46,808 bases of DNA from Clostridia bacterium. GTDB taxonomy: Bacteria; Bacillota; Clostridia; Christensenellales; CAG-138. Position numbers and translations under genes: made by a program. The stretch covers positions 1-46,808 of the forward strand of contig JAEDJH010000002.1 of NCBI GenBank assembly GCA_016296415.1. The letters are read 5' to 3'. This document shows positions 9,226-17,027 of this stretch, piece by piece. The notes below the pieces were generated by a model. It had not been told where the DNA came from and did not search any database. It was given only the letters and a program-made list of their open reading frames with translations. Numbering within the stretch: position 1 is the stretch's first letter; each line of letters begins with the position of its first letter.

Positions 9226-10647
9226 ATGGAGAACAGACTGTTTTTGTACAATACGCTTACACGGAGTGTGGAGAAATTCATTCCCAATGTTGACGGAAAG
9301 GTTTCGATGTACACCTGCGGACCGACGGTGTATCATTTTGCGCATATAGGCAATCTAAGAAGCTATCTTATGGAGGACGTCCTCGAAAAGATGCTTAGAT
9401 ACATGGGTTATGACGTAAAGCGTGTTATGAACATAACCGACGTAGGGCATTTGACCAGCGACGCCGATACGGGCGAGGACAAGATGGTCAAGGGCGCAAA
9501 AAGAGAGGGAAAAACCGTAGCCGAGATTGCCGAGTTTTACAAAAACGCATTTTTTGCGGACTGTGACAAGCTCAATATAAAGCGCCCCGATGTTATCGAG
9601 AACGCAACAGCCTGCATAGACGAATATATCGAAATGATCGCAGCGCTGTTTGAAAAGGGATTTGCATATAAAGCGGGCGGCAACGTGTACTTTGATACAT
9701 CCAGGCTTGAAAAATATTACGCACTCACCAACCACAAGAGCGAGGAGCTTCTTGTCGGAGTGAGGGAGGATGTTGAGGAGGACGTAAACAAGCGCAACAA
9801 GACGGACTTCGTGCTCTGGTTTACCGATTCAAAGTTTGGCGCACAGGAGCTTCGGTACGACAGCCCCTGGGGCTACGGCTATCCCGGATGGCATATTGAG
9901 TGCTCCGCAATAAGCAGAAAGCATCTTGGTGAATATCTCGACATACATTGCGGCGGCGTGGATAACATCTTCCCGCATCACACCAACGAAATAGCGCAGA
10001 GCGAGGCGGTAAGCGGACATAAATGGTGCAATTACTGGTTCCATATCCACCATCTTAACGACAACGGCGGCAAGATGGCAAAATCCAAGGGTGATATACT
10101 AACGGTTTCCACTCTCGAGAGCAAAGGCTATGATCCGCTTGTTTACCGCTTCTTCTGCCTGCAGTCGCATTACAGGAAGCCGCTTGAGTTTTCGTATTCG
10201 ATACTCGACAACTCCAAGGCGGCGTATGAAAAGCTCAAAAGACGCATAGCGGCGATCCCGACGGAGGGCGAAACGGACGAAAACGCACTGCTGGAATACA
10301 GGGAGAAGTTTATTTTAGCCGTAGCAAGCGATATGAACACAGCCCTTGGACTTTCGCTCATATACGAGGTGCTGAAGGCCGACCTCAGCGGCAGTACCAA
10401 GCGCAGCATAATCGACGACTTTGACAGGGTGCTGTCGCTCGACCTTACGAAAGGGGAAGAAGCCGAGGAAACGGCTGCGGAGGATGCGGAACTTGACGCA
10501 TTTGTTCAGCGGAAGATACAGGAAAGGGCAGAAGCGAGGAAGACAAAGGACTTTAAACTTGCCGATGCAATACGAAACGAACTGCTTGAGCAGGGCATAG
10601 TGCTGAAAGACTCTCCGCAGGGTACTACGTGGAGCAGACAGAGCTGA
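9226..10647 (+). CDS. cysS: Cysteine--tRNA ligase
   Basis: Class I HIGH (HIGN) and KMSKS (KMAKS) motifs, plus CGPTVY. Confidence 0.95.
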   Translation: MENRLFLYNTLTRSVEKFIPNVDGKVSMYTCGPTVYHFAHIGNLRSYLMEDVLEKMLRYMGYDVKRVMNITDVGHLTSDADTGEDKMVKGAKREGKTVAEIAEFYKNAFFADCDKLNIKRPDVIENATACIDEYIEMIAALFEKGFAYKAGGNVYFDTSRLEKYYALTNHKSEELLVGVREDVEEDVNKRNKTDFVLWFTDSKFGAQELRYDSPWGYGYPGWHIECSAISRKHLGEYLDIHCGGVDNIFPHHTNEIAQSEAVSGHKWCNYWFHIHHLNDNGGKMAKSKGDILTVSTLESKGYDPLVYRFFCLQSHYRKPLEFSYSILDNSKAAYEKLKRRIAAIPTEGETDENALLEYREKFILAVASDMNTALGLSLIYEVLKADLSGSTKRSIIDDFDRVLSLDLTKGEEAEETAAEDAELDAFVQRKIQERAEARKTKDFKLADAIRNELLEQGIVLKDSPQGTTWSRQS

Positions 10648-10674
10648 AAACAAGCCGCTGAAAGCGGACGAAAT

Positions 10675-10708
10675 AAAAGCCGGTTGAGTGTAAACCCAGC
10701 CGGCTTTT
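10675..10708. terminator. Bidirectional terminator (cysS convergent with the P-loop gene)
   Basis: AAAAGCCGG...CCGGCTTTT hairpin with A and T tracts on both sides. Confidence 0.6.
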
Positions 10709-10739
10709 GCGTTGATAAAGGTTTTGTGCGCTTGTAAAA

Positions 10740-11174
10740 TCAGAGCCTTGCTTTGATTTGCCCGACCACAGCGTCCAAATCCGTTTTGCCGGAGATAACG
10801 TGAATGTCGTGAGGCTGTGCGTCGAAGCATCCGTGCTTCCTTTCCAGCATGGCGGCCACGGGCGCAGGCAGATTTCCGTGCATACGCATAGCAAAACGGG
10901 ACTTGATAAGCTCCATGTCCGCAGTCACGAGGATGCGCACAGCGCCTTCGGGCAGCAAAGAAAGCTGCTCTGTTTCGGAAATCACATAGATGACGTTTTC
11001 GCCGGTTACGGCGGCAGCCAGCTTCTTTTGAAACGCTGCCTTTGCGATGCTCTCGTTCCTTGCAAGCCGCAGATAGTCCTTGCCGGTAAACACCTCGCAA
11101 GGGAAAGCGGAGGAGAGCTTCTCCGCAAGGGTAGATTTGCCTGTGCAGCTTTCACCGAAAATTCCGATCAGCAT
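10740..11174 (-). CDS. Small P-loop NTPase / cytidylate-kinase-like protein
   Basis: Walker A GESCTGKST at the N-terminus. 144 aa. Lies 30 nt downstream of trpS. Confidence 0.7.
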   Translation of the reverse strand: MLIGIFGESCTGKSTLAEKLSSAFPCEVFTGKDYLRLARNESIAKAAFQKKLAAAVTGENVIYVISETEQLSLLPEGAVRILVTADMELIKSRFAMRMHGNLPAPVAAMLERKHGCFDAQPHDIHVISGKTDLDAVVGQIKARL

Positions 11175-11204
11175 AGCTTATCCTCTTTTGCGCATGGGAA
11201 TATG

Positions 11205-12206
11205 TTACATTACCGTTGCATCAAGCCCTACACGCCTGAGCACGTCATCAACGGTTTTGCGTGCGGTTGACCTTGCCTGAGCCGCACCATCGTCAAGGAC
11301 GGATTTAAGATACGTTTTTTCGTCGAGCAGACGCTTATACTCGTTCTGTATAGGCTCAAGCTCCGCGATAACGGCATCGGCGACGGCGGTTTTCAGCTTG
11401 CCGTAGCCCTGACCCGCAAACTCGGCAACCGCTTCTTCGGGGGTCTTTCCGGTGAACGTACAGTAAATCGAGAGCAGATTTGTAACGCCGGGACGCTCGG
11501 GGTCGTATGCTATGATGCCTTCGCTGTCGGTCACGGCACGCTTGAACTTTTTGAGTATCACGGAGGGCTCGTCGGTTATCGCAATGTATGAGTTGGGATT
11601 GGGATCCGACTTGCTCATCTTTTTGGTCGGGTCGGTCAGGCTCATTATCTTTCCGCCAAGCTTCGGAATTATCGGCTCGGGAACGATAAAGGCATCGCCG
11701 TAGTTTTTGTTGAACCTGATGGCAATGTCCCTCGCAAGCTCGACGTGCTGCTTTTGATCCTTACCAACGGGAATATAGCTTGCCTGATACAGCAGTATGT
11801 CCGCCGCCATCAGCACGGGGTATGTGAAAAGTCCGGCGTTGATGTTGTCAGCATGGCGCTGGCTTTTGTCCTTGAACTGGGTCATTCTGTTCAATTCGCC
11901 GATATACGTTCCGCAGTTGAGTACCCATGCAAGCTCGGTATGCTCCTTGACGTGTGACTGAATAAACAGCGCAGACCGCTTGGGGTCTATTCCGCAGGCA
12001 AGCAAAAGTGCGGCGGCCTCAAGGGTGCGCCTGTTCAGAGCCTCTGCATCCTGCTTCACGGTTATGGCGTGCAGATTGGCAACACAGTAATAGCAAAACC
12101 TGTCATCCTGCTGAAGCAGCGACCAGTTCCTTAAAGCGCCGACATAGTTGCCGAGCGTGAGTATTCCGGATGGTTGGATGCCGCTGAGTACTGTTTTCTT
12201 TTCCAT
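11205..12206 (-). CDS. trpS: Tryptophan--tRNA ligase
   Basis: GIQPSG..LGNYVGA (HIGH-like) and KMSKS motifs. Confidence 0.95.
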   Translation of the reverse strand: MEKKTVLSGIQPSGILTLGNYVGALRNWSLLQQDDRFCYYCVANLHAITVKQDAEALNRRTLEAAALLLACGIDPKRSALFIQSHVKEHTELAWVLNCGTYIGELNRMTQFKDKSQRHADNINAGLFTYPVLMAADILLYQASYIPVGKDQKQHVELARDIAIRFNKNYGDAFIVPEPIIPKLGGKIMSLTDPTKKMSKSDPNPNSYIAITDEPSVILKKFKRAVTDSEGIIAYDPERPGVTNLLSIYCTFTGKTPEEAVAEFAGQGYGKLKTAVADAVIAELEPIQNEYKRLLDEKTYLKSVLDDGAAQARSTARKTVDDVLRRVGLDATVM

Positions 12207-12237
12207 TATGAATTACCCCACAAATAATTTGCAGAGT

Positions 12238-12266
12238 ATTATATTCCAAATTTTCGATTTTGTAAA
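12238..12266 (-). promoter_or_regulatory. Sigma-A-type promoter of trpS
   Basis: The minus strand reads TTTACA, 17 nt, TATAAT. The leader is only about 30 nt, so there is no room for a T-box. Confidence 0.5.
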
Positions 12267-12304
12267 GTATGAAAGCGCCTTGTTTGAATATAGTGTAAAC
12301 AAAT

Positions 12305-12333
12305 TTGCCAATCTTGCGTACCCGTGCTATAAT
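12305..12333 (+). promoter_or_regulatory. Sigma-A-type promoter of the PBP operon
   Basis: TTGCCA, 17 nt, TATAAT preceded by TGC (extended -10). Confidence 0.55.
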
Positions 12334-12372
12334 GTATATGTGGAAATATAATACTTCTGAAAGGGTATTACA

Positions 12373-15195
12373 ATGTTCGAGAATACAAACGACACCGTGC
12401 GGCATAAGGGTGCATCGCTTAAAAAAAGCTCCGAAGCACGGTTAGGTATAAATGATAACAGATCTGCGGGCAGGGCGGCGCAACCCATAAAAACGGGAAC
12501 GGGAGCGTCCAAGCACAGCAAACTGTTTGTGGAACGCAAAAACGATAAGCCGTTTCCGCTTGCGGTGCTGTTTGGCACGTTCAAGACGCTCATTATAATA
12601 TTCGTGCTTGCCGGCTGCATGGGCTTCGGGCTTGTATTGGGTGTTGCCAAGGCTTATATCGACACTACGCCCGATCTTGACATTTCAAGGCTGACCATGA
12701 GCGACAGAACGACGTATATTTACGACAGAAAAGGTAATGTCATAACCACCTATGCCGGCATGGAATACAGGGATTGGGCGGATATAGACGAAATACCCGA
12801 TATGCTTAAAAATGCGGTTATTTCCGTGGAGGATGTGCGCTTTTACAAGCACGAAGGACTTGACTACAAGCGCCTGTTTTCCGCAATTGTCAATACGCTC
12901 AGGAATGCCGATACCCACGGCGGAAGCACCATAACCCAGCAGCTTATTAAAAACAAGATATTGACCAACATAAAGTCCTATAAGCGCAAGATACAGGAAG
13001 CCTATCTGGCACTCGAGCTTGAAAAAACGATAGAGAAGGACGATATACTCGTTGCATACATGAACGATGTGTATTTGGGCGAGTCCAACTACGGCGTAAA
13101 GGCGGCGGCAAAGGATTATTTCGGCAAGTCGCTTTCGGAGCTGACCATCAGAGAGTGTGCGATGCTCGCCGGAATGATACAAAAACCCTATGTAACAAAC
13201 CCAAGGGCAAATACCTATACGAGGATAAACGAGGAAACCGGCGAAAATAAAATGAGCGTCACGAACGCCAGAACCGACACGGTCATAAATGCCATGTACG
13301 ACGCCGGATTCATAACCTCCGAGCAGCGTGACAGCGCATTGAAGGATACGGTGTATATACTCGAAGTGTCCGAACAAAAGCAGATATACGAAATGCCGTA
13401 TTTTGTTGAATACGGTATCTATGACATTGTAACGCATCTTTTGGAAAAGCGTGAGATGAAGGACACGACGGCAAACCGCACGGCTATAGAGAAGGAGCTC
13501 AGAACGGGCGGATATCATATTTATCTGACCGTTGACCCCGATGTGCAGAATACGGTGCAGTCAACGCTCGAAAACTGGCAGGATTATCCCGAGCTTGCCG
13601 ATCCGGCACAGGGGGTTACGGTTTCCACGGGAGCAAACGGAGAAACCGTGAACATCGTACAGCCGCAGGCGGCGGCGGTGGTTCTGGACTACAAAACCGG
13701 AGAGCTTATCGCCATCGTGGGCGGAAGAACGAGCCCGACCGCCAAAAAGCAATGGAACAGGGCGTATATGAGCAACATGCCCGTAGGATCGTCCATAAAG
13801 CCCCTGGCGGTTTACGGACCCGCACTCGATTTGGGCGTATCGCCCGCAACGGTTATTGCCAACGTACCCGGAGCTATTGAGAATTACGGCGGAGAAAAGG
13901 GTTATCCCGCACTCGGAAGCGAAAAGTGGATGGGACCCACCACGATAAGAAGGGGCGTCACCTCGTCGCTTAACATCGTTGCCGCACGCACGCTGTTTGA
14001 ATATGTCACGCCGCAGGTCGGCAAGGAATACCTTATGAAAATGGGCATTCCGGATTCGAGGATAAATGCCGACGGACCGGGACTTGCACTCGGCACGACG
14101 GGCATAACGCCGATAGAGATGGCGGCGGCATACGGAACTATAGGTAACGGCGGAACCTATATCGAACCGCTGTCGTTCTCGAGGGTCGTCGATGAAAAGG
14201 GTGAGATAATCATCAGCGCCGACGAGGTGAGAAAAAGTACAGAGGTGTATAAGCCCTCAAGCTGCTATATGCTGATAGACATGATGACCGACGTTGTAAA
14301 CAGCGGAACCGGTACTGCGGCGAGAATAGAAGGTATGGCGGTTGCGGGCAAGACGGGTACGAACGAAAACTATACGAGCGTTTATTTTGCGGGGCTGACA
14401 CCCTATTACTCGGCATCCGTATGGGTTGGGCACGATACTTACTCCTGCAAACTCAAAAAGGGCTCTACCGGGGGCAAGTATGCGGCACCCTTGTGGCAGG
14501 CATTTATGGAGCCAATACACGAGGGATTGGCGAACAAGCCCATATATGACGTTTCGCCCGCATCGCTCGGACTTGTGCAAAGGACGGTATGCTCGGTTTC
14601 GGGCAAGCTGGCAACGGTTGCGTGCGAGCATGACGAAAGGTACAAGCCCGTGACGGACTGGTTTTATATAGAGAACGAGCCGTATGAGACCTGCGATATG
14701 CACGTCATCATCGACTATTGCGACATATCAAATGAGCCTGCGTTCATTTTCTGCACGCACGGCAGGACGCAAAGATCCGCAATACTCATAAACAGCGAAT
14801 CCGTTTACAGGCAGTTTGATGCGGAGTATCTTGCCGAGTGCATGCCCAATGCGATACTGACCGATATACCCGCTTGGGAGTATTGCTCCGTCAAATACGA
14901 GCCTGCGTACCTATGCTCTCTGCATACTCCGTGGTATATGCGCCTTGGGACGACGGATGAGTCCTTGGCATCTGCGATTGCCGCCGCGAACCAACTGATC
15001 AATGAGGTACATACGTATCTGTATAATGTGAACAATCTGCCTGCGACGGATCATCAGACGCTCAGCACGGGAATCTCATGGCTGCAAAAGGCTATAGGCG
15101 ACGGCAATCTTACTGCGATAACCAATTATACCGAGCAGCTCAGATATAACTTTGAGCGAATACGCAGCGCATATCCGCTTTCGGTGGCACCATGA
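12373..15195 (+). CDS. Class A penicillin-binding protein (glycosyltransferase + transpeptidase), PBP1A family
   Basis: GT51 motifs (EDVRFYKHEG, GGSTITQQL). Transpeptidase motifs SSIKP (SxxK), SLN and KTGT. N-terminal TM anchor. About 220 aa of Cys-containing C-terminal extension. Confidence 0.93.
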   Translation: MFENTNDTVRHKGASLKKSSEARLGINDNRSAGRAAQPIKTGTGASKHSKLFVERKNDKPFPLAVLFGTFKTLIIIFVLAGCMGFGLVLGVAKAYIDTTPDLDISRLTMSDRTTYIYDRKGNVITTYAGMEYRDWADIDEIPDMLKNAVISVEDVRFYKHEGLDYKRLFSAIVNTLRNADTHGGSTITQQLIKNKILTNIKSYKRKIQEAYLALELEKTIEKDDILVAYMNDVYLGESNYGVKAAAKDYFGKSLSELTIRECAMLAGMIQKPYVTNPRANTYTRINEETGENKMSVTNARTDTVINAMYDAGFITSEQRDSALKDTVYILEVSEQKQIYEMPYFVEYGIYDIVTHLLEKREMKDTTANRTAIEKELRTGGYHIYLTVDPDVQNTVQSTLENWQDYPELADPAQGVTVSTGANGETVNIVQPQAAAVVLDYKTGELIAIVGGRTSPTAKKQWNRAYMSNMPVGSSIKPLAVYGPALDLGVSPATVIANVPGAIENYGGEKGYPALGSEKWMGPTTIRRGVTSSLNIVAARTLFEYVTPQVGKEYLMKMGIPDSRINADGPGLALGTTGITPIEMAAAYGTIGNGGTYIEPLSFSRVVDEKGEIIISADEVRKSTEVYKPSSCYMLIDMMTDVVNSGTGTAARIEGMAVAGKTGTNENYTSVYFAGLTPYYSASVWVGHDTYSCKLKKGSTGGKYAAPLWQAFMEPIHEGLANKPIYDVSPASLGLVQRTVCSVSGKLATVACEHDERYKPVTDWFYIENEPYETCDMHVIIDYCDISNEPAFIFCTHGRTQRSAILINSESVYRQFDAEYLAECMPNAILTDIPAWEYCSVKYEPAYLCSLHTPWYMRLGTTDESLASAIAAANQLINEVHTYLYNVNNLPATDHQTLSTGISWLQKAIGDGNLTAITNYTEQLRYNFERIRSAYPLSVAP

Positions 15196-15794
15196 CGGAT
15201 GAGCGCATTCTGAAAGCATACGAGCAGGAGAGAAGGCGCATTCTCGAGCTTGAGGAAAAGATAGTCTGCGACAGGCACAATCCCGTTTTCGGAGAGGGCA
15301 GCGCAAGGGCAAGAATAATGCTTATCGGTGAGGCCCCGGGTAAGTTTGAAGCCATGGAGGGCAGACCGTTTGTGGGGAAGGCGGGGAAGCAGCTTGACGA
15401 GCTGCTCGAGTCTGTCGGAGTGGAGCGCAATGAGCTTTTCATAACGAACGCCGTCAAATATCGACCGATGAAGCCCGATTCGCAAAAGGGCGCAAACCGA
15501 ACCCCGACCCTGGCGGAGATAAAGGCGGCACTCTCGGTGCTGGCTGTTGAGATAGAGTGTGTTCGACCTTGTGTAGTGGTGACGCTCGGCAACACGCCGC
15601 TGACGGCGGTTTCGCTGCTGTGGGGAGAGAAAGTACCTAAAATTGGCGATGCTCACGGACGCTGTATCGAGCACGGCACTCATAAACTGTTTCCGTTGTA
15701 TCATCCGGCAAGCGCAATTTACAATATGGCTTTGCTTGATGTGATGAAAGATGATATAATAAAACTAAACTATGTTATAAAGGAGTTGCTGTAA
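15192..15794 (+). CDS. Uracil-DNA glycosylase, family 4-like
   Basis: Motif A GEAPG plus PFVGKAG, and motif B HPA. The start overlaps the PBP stop (ATGA). Confidence 0.8.
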   Translation: MTDERILKAYEQERRRILELEEKIVCDRHNPVFGEGSARARIMLIGEAPGKFEAMEGRPFVGKAGKQLDELLESVGVERNELFITNAVKYRPMKPDSQKGANRTPTLAEIKAALSVLAVEIECVRPCVVVTLGNTPLTAVSLLWGEKVPKIGDAHGRCIEHGTHKLFPLYHPASAIYNMALLDVMKDDIIKLNYVIKELL

Positions 15795-15796
15795 TT

Positions 15797-16951
15797 ATGC
15801 CTTTATGGACAAAGCGAACAATAGTTGCATTGCTTTTGGCTGCAACGCTGATATGCAGCCTTCCTGCCGACGGGACGGCTGAGGAGGATGGAGAGATTCA
15901 GTACGGACAAACAACATCGTCTGTAAACTTCCGTTCGCTGCCCAATACCGACTGTGAGGTGATCGACCAGCTTGAGCCGGGCGAGAGACTTCGTGTGCTT
16001 GCCTACGAGGATGGCTGGTACCGTGTAATGCGTGGAAACGTCGTCGGGTATATAAGGGGCGATTATCTGTTTGTGAACTCAAACGGCACACGAGGCGCAT
16101 ACATACTCGAGGATGGCGTACTTCTCAGGGGCGCACCGTCGGAGAATGCCTATGCCGTAAAGTCGCTTACCGGCGGTCAGGGTGTCAAGATCAAAGCCAT
16201 GATCGGCGAATGGTGCTTCATACTTGCGGACGACTATTGCGGCTACGTGCTCTATGAGCAGCTTAAGATGACGCAGGGAACTTCCGCCGAAGGCACCCAG
16301 CTTTATATAGGTATGGAGGGTACGGACGTCAGAAAGCTTCAGCAGGAGCTTTATCGCAGAGGATTTCTGTCCAAGGCGGATATATCCGGCGTTTTCGGCG
16401 CAAAGACGAGGACGGCCGTTATGGAGTTTCAAAAGCTTGCCGATCTTTCGGTTGACGGAAGGGCGGGCGTTGATACTCAAAACGCCATCTACGATTCCAC
16501 AAACAACATAACCAAGGCGAACGCGGTATATAACCAGGTAAAGGGAACGGTAGAGCTTCTCAACTGGTTCAAGGGCGGCAGCGACTGGCTGGCGAGGTAT
16601 TCCGTATTCACGGTTACGGATGTAAGAACGGGTCTAAGCTTCAGAGCAAGACGCTTTGGCGGATGGTATCATGCCGACTCCGAGCCGTTGACCGCAGCAG
16701 ATACTGCAATAATGCTGAGGGCGGCCGGCGGTAAATGGACGTGGAACCGCCGTCCGATTTGGATAACATACAGGGGCAGGACCGTTGCGGCAAGCATGCA
16801 CTCAATGCCGCACATGGCAAACCCCACGCCGTCAAACAACTTCGACGGACATTTCTGCATCCATTTATATAAGTCGAAGGTGCATGAAAACAGCAAGGAG
16901 TGCCCGAGGCATCAGGCCTGCGTAATGGAAGCATACCGCGCCGGAAGATAG
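15797..16951 (+). CDS. Secreted SH3b(x2) / PG_binding_1 protein with an uncharacterised Cys/His C-terminal domain (putative cell-wall enzyme)
   Basis: Signal or anchor sequence, two SH3b-like repeats (..GWYRV.., ..EWCFI..), a PG-binding repeat (LQQELYRRGF..GVFGAKT..), then about 135 aa of unknown domain. Confidence 0.75.
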   Translation: MPLWTKRTIVALLLAATLICSLPADGTAEEDGEIQYGQTTSSVNFRSLPNTDCEVIDQLEPGERLRVLAYEDGWYRVMRGNVVGYIRGDYLFVNSNGTRGAYILEDGVLLRGAPSENAYAVKSLTGGQGVKIKAMIGEWCFILADDYCGYVLYEQLKMTQGTSAEGTQLYIGMEGTDVRKLQQELYRRGFLSKADISGVFGAKTRTAVMEFQKLADLSVDGRAGVDTQNAIYDSTNNITKANAVYNQVKGTVELLNWFKGGSDWLARYSVFTVTDVRTGLSFRARRFGGWYHADSEPLTAADTAIMLRAAGGKWTWNRRPIWITYRGRTVAASMHSMPHMANPTPSNNFDGHFCIHLYKSKVHENSKECPRHQACVMEAYRAGR

Positions 16952-16959
16952 TACGAACT

Positions 16960-16989
16960 GAATAAAAACGGGACGCATCGAGAATACTC
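16960..16989 (+). promoter_or_regulatory. Candidate forespore (sigma-G/F-type) promoter of the gerA operon
   Basis: GAATA (16960-64), 18 nt, AATACTC (16983-89), compared with GHATR-18-CATxHTA as I remember it. The -35 is perfect; the -10 matches at 5 of 7 positions. Confidence 0.3.
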
Positions 16990-17027
16990 TACAGAAAAAG
17001 GAAGGAGTATGCGATGCGTTCTTTTTT
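16972..17027 (+). terminator. Terminator-like hairpin enclosing the gerAA RBS and start codon
   Basis: 16972-80 pairs with 17012-20 (9 bp) and 16984-89 pairs with 17005-10 (6 bp). The loop is 15 nt. The hairpin is followed by CTTTTTT (17021-27). Confidence 0.45.

Noticed and set aside
12207-12372. T-box leaders expected upstream of trpS, and upstream of cysS (9185-9225).
   Set aside because: The trpS promoter leaves only about 30 nt of leader, and the cysS intergenic gap is 41 nt. Neither contains the GGGTGGNACCGCG motif, so there is no T-box at either gene.
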